From NCBI GenBank assembly GCA_016180645.1, contig JACPAV010000004.1, positions 31,544 through 95,543 of the forward strand: DNA of 64,000 bases, in the 5' to 3' direction. The notes below the pieces were generated by a model. That model was not told the origin of the DNA. It searched no databases and saw only the letters and a list, made by a program, of their open reading frames with translations. Positions 1 to 7,206 of this stretch are shown piece by piece (position 1 is the first letter of the stretch; every line of letters begins with the position of its first letter). Both the position numbers and the translations under genes were made by a program. Origin of the DNA: Nitrospirota bacterium (GTDB taxonomy: Bacteria; JACPQY01).

Positions 1-477
1 AACCGCCGCCGCCGGAAGCTTCGAGGGGTTCCGCGCCAGGATCTCAAAGCCGAGCGTGAGGAGCGCATCGCCGGCGAGGATGGCCTGTGGTTCGCCGAAG
101 ACCTTGTGACAGGTGGTCTTGCCGCGCCGGAGATCGGCGTTGTCCATCGACGGCAGATCGTCGTGAATCAGGGAGTAGGTGTGGATGAGTTCGATGGCGC
201 AGGCGACCGGAAGGGCTTTTTCGGCCTTTCCCTTCACCGCTTCGCACGCGGCGATCGCGAGAATGGGTCGGAGACGCTTGCCGCCGGCGAAGACGCTGTA
301 TCGCATGGCCTCGAAGAGGCGCGAGAGATCGGCATTGGAAGCCGAGCGTGGGGAGGGCAGGATCGTGCCCAGGGCCGCGTCGATACGGCGAACCCGCTCG
401 CGGAAGTAGCCTCCCAGATCGAAGGCATCGGCCGCGTCGGACGGCTTCGGCTGCCCACCTTCAGAAGGGGATGTCAT
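1..477 (-). CDS. ispA: Farnesyl/geranyl diphosphate synthase (polyprenyl synthetase), 5' portion; gene runs off window start
   Basis: Hand translation of the minus-strand frame not in the ORF track (no stop inside window) gives MTSPSEGGQPKPSDAADAFDLGGYFRERVRRIDAALGTILPSP...YSVFAGGKRLRPILAIAACEAVKGKAEKALPVACAIELIHTYSLIHDDLPSMDNADLRRGKTTCHKVFGEPQAILAGDALL. This contains the first Asp-rich polyprenyl synthetase motif (LIHDDLPSMDNADLRRGK). The ATG at 475-477 overlaps the xseB 3' end, giving the classic xseA-xseB-ispA order. Confidence 0.8.
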   Translation of the reverse strand, partial: MTSPSEGGQPKPSDAADAFDLGGYFRERVRRIDAALGTILPSPRSASNADLSRLFEAMRYSVFAGGKRLRPILAIAACEAVKGKAEKALPVACAIELIHTYSLIHDDLPSMDNADLRRGKTTCHKVFGEPQAILAGDALLTLGFEILARNPSKLPAAAV

Positions 478-766
478 CGTTTCCCTTCGTGGCTTTCTGC
501 CCCCGGGCGGGTTTTTCGGGCGAACCTTCGTTTTCCTCGAAGGGAACGGCCTTGCTCTCGCCCCTTCCGTTTTTCATCAGTGTTTCCACCTTGAACTGGG
601 CTTCGTCCAGCTTCTTCTTGCAGAAATCGGAGAGCTTCTTGCCTTCCTCGAAGAGTTCGATGGATTTCTCGAGGGGCAGGTCGCCCTTTTCGAGATCGTC
701 TACGATCTGTTCGAGACGCTTGAGGCCGTCTTCGAATCGCATGGATTTCGGGTCGATTTTGGCCAT
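461..766 (-). CDS. xseB: Exodeoxyribonuclease VII small subunit
   Basis: 101-aa product MAKIDPKSMRFEDGLKRLEQIVDDLEKGDLPLEKSIELFEEGKKL... is typical XseB length and sequence. It lies immediately downstream of xseA on the same strand. Confidence 0.85.
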   Translation of the reverse strand: MAKIDPKSMRFEDGLKRLEQIVDDLEKGDLPLEKSIELFEEGKKLSDFCKKKLDEAQFKVETLMKNGRGESKAVPFEENEGSPEKPARGQKATKGNDDIPF

Positions 767-782
767 CGGGTTCTCCTTGCAG

Positions 783-2162
783 CTAGATCAACCTGCCCTG
801 CCTGGGGTCGCGGATGATTTCGCACGTCAGTTCGCCGTCCCACAGTCGGACTTCGACTTTTTCGCCCTTCCGGGTCTGTTTCGCCTGGGTGAGGATGGCC
901 CTCTGGGGGAGGCGATAGGTAATGGAGTAGCCGCGTTTCAGGATGGACAGGGGGCTCAGGGATTCAAGCAGAGCGCCGTGCCGCTCGACGGCCTGGGCCT
1001 TCGCGGCCAGGATTGTTTCGCTCGAAGCGTCGAGGCGCTGATCGAGGCGACTCAGATCGATGCCCGCTTGGAGGAGGCGGCGAGTCGGGCTGAGCAGGGT
1101 GAGGGCGCGGGCAAGTTCTTTGAGGTGGGATTCGTGCTGCGTCAGGAGCCAGACGGCGGCGTTGTCCATGCGGGCGGAAACGTCATCCAATCGGAGCAGG
1201 AAATCCTCCACCCTCCGCTCGGGAGAAGTCAGTACGCGGAGGGCCTGTTGGAGGCGCGCGAGATTCGTGGCCAGGAGGTTTTTCATGGCTCGCGCCAGTC
1301 GGATGTCCAACCCTCCCATCTTCTCCTCGAGTTCAATCTTGCTCCGGATGACCATTTCCGCCGCCGCGGAGGGGGTCGGCGCGCGGACGTCGGCCACAAA
1401 ATCGGCGATGGTCGTGTCGATTTCATGCCCGACGGCCGAGATCACCGGAATCTTCGATTCGAAAATGGCCCGCGCGACCACCTCTTCGTTGAACGCCCAG
1501 AGGTCCTCCAGCGATCCCCCCCCCCGGCCGACGATCAACACTTCCGCCCAGTCCCGTTCGTTCATCTCGCGAATGGCGGCGGCGATCTCTTCGGCGGCGC
1601 CCTCGCCCTGCACTTTGGCCGGGGCGATCAGCACGTGGACGTTCGCAAATCGCCGCCGGAGAACCGTGAGAATGTCGCGGACGGCTGCGCCCGTCGGAGA
1701 GGTGACGATCCCGATCCGCTGTGGCAGCTCCGGGAGCGGTCGTTTGCGCGCGGGATCGAACAGGCCTTCTTTTTGCAGTCTCTGCTTGAGCTTTTCGAAT
1801 TCGAGAAGGAGCGCGCCCACGCCGACCGGCTGGAGAAAATCGACGATGAAAGAGTAGTTGCCGCGCGGTTCATAGAGATTGAGGCGGCCGTGGGCGACGA
1901 TTTCCATTCCGTCTTCAAGATCCACCTTGAAAACCGATTTCTTTTCCGCGAACCGGAAAATGACGGAGCTCAGGATCGAGGAGGCATCCTTCAATGAAAA
2001 ATACGCGTGGCCCGAGGCGTGAGGCCGGTAGTTGGCCACCTCGCCCCGCACCCAGAGGTCCGGGTAGCGTCCTTCCAGTAGGCCTTTGAGTTCGTGCGTG
2101 AGCTCGCTGACGGAATAGACTTTTTGCGCCTCGGCGAGGCTGAGCGAGGATGGATTGGGCAC
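783..2162 (-). CDS. xseA: Exodeoxyribonuclease VII large subunit
   Basis: 459 aa. N-terminal OB-fold region (LWVRGEVANYRPHASGHAYFSLKD) and a central region (VGHEIDTTIADFVADVRAPTPSAAAE) are characteristic of XseA. Its start is adjacent to the MBL gene stop. Confidence 0.9.
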   Translation of the reverse strand: MPNPSSLSLAEAQKVYSVSELTHELKGLLEGRYPDLWVRGEVANYRPHASGHAYFSLKDASSILSSVIFRFAEKKSVFKVDLEDGMEIVAHGRLNLYEPRGNYSFIVDFLQPVGVGALLLEFEKLKQRLQKEGLFDPARKRPLPELPQRIGIVTSPTGAAVRDILTVLRRRFANVHVLIAPAKVQGEGAAEEIAAAIREMNERDWAEVLIVGRGGGSLEDLWAFNEEVVARAIFESKIPVISAVGHEIDTTIADFVADVRAPTPSAAAEMVIRSKIELEEKMGGLDIRLARAMKNLLATNLARLQQALRVLTSPERRVEDFLLRLDDVSARMDNAAVWLLTQHESHLKELARALTLLSPTRRLLQAGIDLSRLDQRLDASSETILAAKAQAVERHGALLESLSPLSILKRGYSITYRLPQRAILTQAKQTRKGEKVEVRLWDGELTCEIIRDPRQGRLI

Positions 2163-2800
2163 TAGAGCTCCGTGATGAAGGGGTTGGTCTTGCGTTCGCG
2201 ACCGATCGTGGTGGCGGGGCCGTGGCCGGGATAGACGACCGTTTCATCGTCCAGCCGGAGAAGGCGTTCGCGAATGGATTTCATGATGTCGTCGAACGAT
2301 CCGCCCCAGAGATCGGTCCGGCCGATGCTGCCCAGGAACAGCGTGTCGCCCGTGAAAAGTTTATCCCCCGCGCCGTTGGCCAGACGAAAAGTGAGGCTCC
2401 CGGGAGTGTGACCTGGAGTGTGGATGGCTTCGAGCTGGAGGGATCCCGCGGTGAAGCCGTCGCCGTCCTTGGAGGGGCCGTCGATCTGGGCGGCCAAACT
2501 CGGCCGGATGCCGAGGAGCGCGGCCTGTGCCGGCAACATTTTGAATAGAAAATCATCGTCCGGGTGCAGGTAGACCCGGGCGTTCGTGGAGGCCTGCAAT
2601 TTCCGGGTCCCACCGATGTGGTCGAGGTGGGCGTGGGTGTGGAGAATGGCCTTGACAATAAGGTTGTGTCGTTTCAATATCGCGTCGATTCGCTCGGTTT
2701 CGTCCCCCGGATCGATGACCAGGGCTTCGCGCGTGGATTCGTCGCCCAGGATGTAGCAGTTGCACTGGAACGGGCCCACGACGGCGGTTTCCAAGACCAT
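2162..2800 (-). CDS. MBL-fold metallo-hydrolase (hydroxyacylglutathione hydrolase-like)
   Basis: Contains HTHAHLDHIGG (the HxHxDH zinc motif), a TPGHTPGS motif and GDTLF. Chosen start is MVLETAVVGPFQCNCYILGDE (ATG at 2798-2800). The 125 N-terminal residues in the longer ORF-track version are Arg/Pro-rich and look like high-GC read-through rather than coding. Confidence 0.7.
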   Translation of the reverse strand: MVLETAVVGPFQCNCYILGDESTREALVIDPGDETERIDAILKRHNLIVKAILHTHAHLDHIGGTRKLQASTNARVYLHPDDDFLFKMLPAQAALLGIRPSLAAQIDGPSKDGDGFTAGSLQLEAIHTPGHTPGSLTFRLANGAGDKLFTGDTLFLGSIGRTDLWGGSFDDIMKSIRERLLRLDDETVVYPGHGPATTIGRERKTNPFITEL

Positions 2801-2956
2801 GGAACCGACAGTAGCACGGGAGGGCCGTTTTTCAAGCCCGGCTGGGAGAGTGACAGGGCGGACCGGGTGTGATAGAGAGTAAGTGTAGGACATCCCGAAT
2901 CGGCTCATGAGGCCGGGCAGGGAGCAGCCAAGGAGGGGCCAATGAGTTAGAGGCAG

Positions 2957-3805
2957 ATGAGCGATTTTGATCTGACGCTGATTCGGAAAAAGCTGGCCCG
3001 CGATCTCGGCAAATCGGCCGGGAGAAACGCCAAACCCGTCAAAGGTCCCTACGACGTTTCCATTTTCCCTTCTTCCAAGGGGCGGTACATCAAGTTTGCC
3101 CTGGCGGGCTTGGCGATCGTTTTCTCCGTGGGATTGGTTTCGTATTTGTTTGAGTCGGGGGAACCTCAGCCGGGCCATTCAGGCAAGGCCGGTGAAGTGA
3201 AGGTCAAACAGCCCTCCGCTGCGATGGCTCAGCTTGAGCGATTGGCGAGCCTCCCGGCCACTCCGGCGGTTTCCGCCCCCATGAAGGCCGAGGATGGTTC
3301 GGCGCATCGGCCCGTAGAAGTGAAACCGGTGGAACGAGCCGGCTATTACGTGCAGGTGGCGGCGTACCGGGGGATGCGGACGATGCAATCGGCTCAGGAC
3401 CGCGTTTCCCAGATGGGCTACGAGAAACAGATGGTGGTCAAGGAGACGTTCTGGACTCCGCAGTACGTGATCGTGGAATCCGGCTCCGCGCAGGCGACGG
3501 AAATCGCCGCGCGGGTGGGCGCCGCCCTCCGGAATGTTCGACCCATGCTGCTGGTTGAACCGGTCGGGGGGGGGGGCCTGAGAGTCGGCCCGATCTACTA
3601 TTCCGAGCTTCTGGAGAATGTGCGCGGGCGGCTAGGCCAGGCCGGACTGATCGTCCGCGATGTTGCGGTGGTGGAAAGGGAATTGATTTATCTCCTGCTC
3701 ATCGGGCCCTACGCGGACGAAGCCTCGGCGGCGGAGACGCGAGCCCGGCTTCATTCCTTCGCTCCTGACGCCCTCTTGATTTTCGAAAAGGGCGCGGGCG
3801 GGTAG
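2957..3805 (+). CDS. Membrane-anchored SPOR-domain protein (putative septal peptidoglycan-binding protein)
   Basis: One TM segment (YIKFALAGLAIVFSVGLVSYLF). Two SPOR-like repeats are present (YYVQVAAYRGMRTMQSAQDRVSQMGYE and IYLLLIGPYADEASAAETRARLHSF). It is divergent from the MBL gene. Confidence 0.5.
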   Translation: MSDFDLTLIRKKLARDLGKSAGRNAKPVKGPYDVSIFPSSKGRYIKFALAGLAIVFSVGLVSYLFESGEPQPGHSGKAGEVKVKQPSAAMAQLERLASLPATPAVSAPMKAEDGSAHRPVEVKPVERAGYYVQVAAYRGMRTMQSAQDRVSQMGYEKQMVVKETFWTPQYVIVESGSAQATEIAARVGAALRNVRPMLLVEPVGGGGLRVGPIYYSELLENVRGRLGQAGLIVRDVAVVERELIYLLLIGPYADEASAAETRARLHSFAPDALLIFEKGAGG

Positions 3806-3833
3806 CCCAGGACTGGCCTGGGATTTGAAATTT
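3806..3833 (+). terminator. Putative intrinsic terminator after the SPOR gene
   Basis: The GC stem CCCAGG-actgg-CCTGGG is followed by ATTTGAAATTT directly after the TAG stop at 3803-3805. A second small hairpin GAGAT-ttcag-ATCTC follows. Confidence 0.4.
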
Positions 3834-3980
3834 GAGATTTCAGATCTCAGAGTGGGTGGCGGGGTGATCCCGGTCACAATCTTCAGACATTCCTCAAGTT
3901 TTGCCTTCCGGCTCCGATAACTTCACATAAGGCCTGAAAATAGAAAGAGTGAGTGGAGAACGGGGCGCCCCGGGGGGGGC

Positions 3981-4129
3981 CAGCCAGGACAGGCGCGGTA
4001 CTTGCCGCAACGTGGCCGAGCGTGATGCGAGGCCGACCCACGGCAAGTGCCAGCCAGGACAGGCGCGGTACTTGCCGCAACGTGGCCGAGCGTGATGCGA
4101 GGCCGACCCACGGCAAGTGCCAGCCAGGA
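3981..4129. repeat. Tandem 70-bp repeat, 2.1 copies (family B element)
   Basis: CAGCCAGGACAGGCGCGGTACTTGCCGCAACGTGGCCGAGCGTGATGCGAGGCCGACCCACGGCAAGTGC occurs at 3981-4050 and 4051-4120, with a partial third copy to 4129. Each unit has 10-bp terminal inverted repeats (GTACTTGCCG / CGGCAAGTGC). It is related to the elements at 11481-11582 and 52397-52449. Confidence 0.85.
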
Positions 4130-4150
4130 GCAGCAAGGAAAGGAGCAAAC

Positions 4151-4813
4151 ATGGAGGTCAGTATTCACGCGGAGGTTCTGAGAGCGCAGTATCTTTCAAC
4201 CCAACTGGGTGGGGTCTACGGGGGTGGGGGGCAAACGTCGTTCCCACCGGCGCTGGATCGAGCACGGGCAAGCATCGCACCGGCGCAATTCCCCAAATCC
4301 AATCCTTTCGCCGTCCCCGGAGCGGAGCGGAGGGGGGCGGCCCCTGATTCAGGACCGGCCACGGTGGTTTCACTCTCCTACAAGAGTCTGGATCTCCGCA
4401 TTTCAATGGACGATTCAGAGGTCAAAGAGTTGGAGGAATCGGGGGGAGCGAAGCCGGCGCTCGAAGATAAATTTTCTCCGGAAGCGGTCAGCGATCGGAT
4501 CATCGATTTCATCAAGGGACTCTTCCAAACCTTTCAAGGGCAGGACCCGAACGGTGACGTGAACACTTTTGCGGGGGAGGTCGCCCGGGGTGTGGAGGAG
4601 GGTTTCGCCCAGGCGAAGGAACTCCTGAAGTCGATGGACATGCTCACGGAATCCCTCGCCAAGACGATCGGGGAGACCCATCGGCTCACGGTGGACAAAC
4701 TGGGGAACTTCTTCGATTCCATCGGTGTGACGCTGGAGAATCTGCTCCAATCGGCCACCGAACTGACGGGGGCTTCCCCCGCTCAGACCCTGCAAGCCAC
4801 CCAGGCGACGTAG
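4151..4813 (+). CDS. Hypothetical protein
   Basis: ATG at 4151 is preceded by a strong RBS (AAGGAAAGGAGCAAAC-ATG). 220 aa, MEVSIHAEVLRAQYLSTQLGG... with no motif I recognise. The ORF-track N-extension reads through the tandem repeats and is unlikely to be coding. Confidence 0.4.
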   Translation: MEVSIHAEVLRAQYLSTQLGGVYGGGGQTSFPPALDRARASIAPAQFPKSNPFAVPGAERRGAAPDSGPATVVSLSYKSLDLRISMDDSEVKELEESGGAKPALEDKFSPEAVSDRIIDFIKGLFQTFQGQDPNGDVNTFAGEVARGVEEGFAQAKELLKSMDMLTESLAKTIGETHRLTVDKLGNFFDSIGVTLENLLQSATELTGASPAQTLQATQAT

Positions 4814-4874
4814 CCACCACCGTCACTTTCCTCCGTCGCCGCCCCTCGTCCCCGTCCGGGGATGGGGGGCATCT

Positions 4875-6335
4875 CTATGGGGGTTGAAGGGGCAGCTCGA
4901 TCTGTCCGTCGACCGGGGGTTTCCGGGATCTGAGTAGGTTGTATCCTACGGTCCAACAGTAGACGCTCGATTCAACAAACCTGATCTTGAGATCAGCTTC
5001 CGCCATTTCCCCCCGCTGATCCACTGTTGTGACAGCTACGCTGTGGATTTTGTTCTTTCGGGCAAAGTTGAGCAGAGTTGAAAGTTCATACGGCCTCTCG
5101 TGGAAGCGGTTTGTCCACTTGACTTCTACACACCACCGGACTTTTTCGGTGTCCCTCCACACCAAGTCCACCTCCCCTTCATGCTTGCATCGGGCATAGA
5201 ACAGATTCTCCAGGCCGGATGAATGCGTCCATTGGCTCAGGATCGCTGTTTCGACCATGTTGCCCATGAAGGGATGTTCAGAATTGATCGGATGGAAAAG
5301 CGCGGACCTCATGGAAGGGTTTGTCAAGTAGACCTTGAAGTAGTTGGCTCTTCTGAATCGCCGGCCAGCGTCGTCAAGCCGGTGAAGAACGATTATTAGG
5401 AAAGCCGCCTGAAGGTATTCGATATACTTCTTCAGCGTGTTCTTTGCGACCCCTGCCCCTGAAGATAGCCCATCGAGCGAAACTTCGTTTCCGGTATTGT
5501 AGGCGAGGACCGTGAACAAGCGATTAAGCTCTTGGATGTCTTGGATGCCGTACAGGTTCGGCAAATCCTTGAGGAGCACCTTGTCGACGATGTCACTCTT
5601 GATGAACCGCTGCGGGTTTGCCTGGATGGCCTTGGAGAACAGGGCCTCTGGATATCCTCCGAAATTCAAGTAGTTCACGAATTCCTGGTTCAAGGTGGCG
5701 ATGTTCGCGGACACCCCCCAGCCGGTTGCCATGTCGCCCGGGTGGCGCGGCCACTCGATCAGGTTATTCTTGCGCAGGAGTAGGAGATACTCATAGAAGG
5801 TGAGCGGGGGGAGATAGAAATCTGTGAATCTTCCGGCACCGGACTCGGTACTCTTCAACTTTAACGCGGCGGCTGCGGAGCCGGAGGCGACAAATCGCGT
5901 CTTCCCGTAGTCGTCTACGAGTCTTTTGAGATGGACCTCCCAACCTCGGAGGTATTGAATCTCATCGAAGAAGATGAAGCAGTTCTCAAGTTTCGGGCTT
6001 TCCGCCATCTGCGCGTAAAGTTCCACGAGATGCTCGAGGCGACATCCTGAGTAGACGGGGGCCTCGATCGACAGGTAACAGATATTCCTGGGCCGCACTC
6101 CTTGTTCGATTAGTTGCTGGATGGCGTGGTATAAGAGAATGGTTTTCCCCACTCTGCGCGGGCCCATGAGTACCACCGCTCTTCGAGCCCCCGCTTCGAG
6201 AACTAGGTTGAGGAAGTCGGGCAGGTATGCGCGGGGCGTCATGGACCGATGGTCCGCGTCGATAGCTCCATCGATCCACCAAGGGTTTTCCAGCTTGATC
6301 TTTTCTTGTCGTTCCTTATCTGAGATCTGCTGCAT
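4875..6335 (-). CDS. AAA+ ATPase (AAA_14 N-domain with DUF4143-like C-domain)
   Basis: Walker A GPRRVGKT and Walker B-like FIFFDEIQ are present. The overall ~480-aa architecture matches the widespread archaeal-ATPase-like AAA_14/DUF4143 family. An AT-rich promoter region lies immediately upstream (6336-6480). Confidence 0.7.
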   Translation of the reverse strand: MQQISDKERQEKIKLENPWWIDGAIDADHRSMTPRAYLPDFLNLVLEAGARRAVVLMGPRRVGKTILLYHAIQQLIEQGVRPRNICYLSIEAPVYSGCRLEHLVELYAQMAESPKLENCFIFFDEIQYLRGWEVHLKRLVDDYGKTRFVASGSAAAALKLKSTESGAGRFTDFYLPPLTFYEYLLLLRKNNLIEWPRHPGDMATGWGVSANIATLNQEFVNYLNFGGYPEALFSKAIQANPQRFIKSDIVDKVLLKDLPNLYGIQDIQELNRLFTVLAYNTGNEVSLDGLSSGAGVAKNTLKKYIEYLQAAFLIIVLHRLDDAGRRFRRANYFKVYLTNPSMRSALFHPINSEHPFMGNMVETAILSQWTHSSGLENLFYARCKHEGEVDLVWRDTEKVRWCVEVKWTNRFHERPYELSTLLNFARKNKIHSVAVTTVDQRGEMAEADLKIRFVESSVYCWTVGYNLLRSRKPPVDGQIELPLQPP

Positions 6336-6443
6336 TGGATACCGCCTGCCTGTTGGGGCTCAGCATATGGCACGATGAAAATAAAGTCAAGTATTTGATC
6401 TTATTTTGTTTTACGTGGATAATACAACAACACTAGTTTGTTA

Positions 6444-6461
6444 CGTGGTTGCATATGTGCA
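6444..6461. promoter_or_regulatory. Near-perfect palindrome GGTTGCATATGTGCAACC in the AT-rich region upstream of the AAA+ ATPase gene
   Basis: Seen directly. Segment 6336-6480 is about 35-40% GC in a ~63% GC context and contains the direct repeats TTACGTGG x2. Confidence 0.25.
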
Positions 6462-6485
6462 ACCCCAGTCTAAAGCCGGTAGTGC

Positions 6486-6650
6486 GTCAGGTCGGCAGGT
6501 GGTCGATGAAGGTGAGGTTGCAGGAGCGGCCGTGGGTGGATTCGGCCATGTCGACGGCGGCCTCGACGGACGGTGCGGGAACGAAGATCGGGGTCCTTCG
6601 CGCCCGCCACGATGACCTGGCCGATGTGCTTCATGCGCCGGAGAGGATAG
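6486..6650. repeat. ~165-bp duplicated copy of the 3' end of the LarA-like gene (attL-like boundary of the islet)
   Basis: About 95% identical to 9983-10142, with the first ~100 bp identical. It starts at the position corresponding to the stop codon of gene 9983..11338, but here it lies in non-coding DNA. Confidence 0.8.
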
Positions 6651-6651
6651 G

Positions 6652-6713
6652 GCTCATGGGGTCAACTCTTGACTTGATACTAGCTCATGGGGTCAACTCT
6701 TGACTTGATACTA
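6652..6713. repeat. Tandem 31-bp repeat x2 (GCTCATGGGGTCAACTCTTGACTTGATACTA)
   Basis: Two perfect adjacent copies seen directly, immediately after the 165-bp repeat copy. Confidence 0.8.
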
Positions 6714-7206
6714 CTTTGGGGTGGCGCGTAGAAATGGGGTCACTCTTGAATATTGATTTTCTCCCGAGGTCCGGATCGGCGGTGCGACGGAGATGATCCC
6801 GCCATTACTCACAGTCCATATGTTAACGCAAGACCTGACACCGTATGTTTGTGGCATCTAAACCCGAGCTTCGGATCGGTCACAAGGCTTTTCTTTCTCG
6901 ATCTATTTACGCCGGTCACCTTCTTTCCTGCGTGTGAGTTCCAAGCACTGGGCAGAGGGCTGGCGTACATCCCACGCAGTTTCATACTTGAGACATTTGT
7001 CGGTTGCTCGGCAGGTGCAGCAAATGGCGTGAATGTGACAATCGATCCTTCCATCCAGACTCCCGGAATAATTCATCGGCTCACGACTGGTGGTCACGCC
7101 GAGGCATGGATGAAATTTGGAACCCTTCACGCCCTTGTCAACCATAATGCAATGTAGGAAACAACGTCCCGGTAAGCGTTCTAAATCAGGAACCTGTCTC
7201 CGAAAT

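Noticed and set aside
348-1997. Long plus-strand ORFs (549 aa and 265 aa) overlapping xseA/xseB/ispA
   Set aside because: Antisense to well-supported genes. Arg/Ser/Pro-rich low-complexity translation is typical of high-GC shadow ORFs.
3953-4150. N-terminal extension of ORF 3953..4813 through the tandem repeats
   Set aside because: The repeat period (70 bp) is not a multiple of 3 and the translation is Arg/Gly-rich. A strong RBS precedes the internal ATG at 4151.
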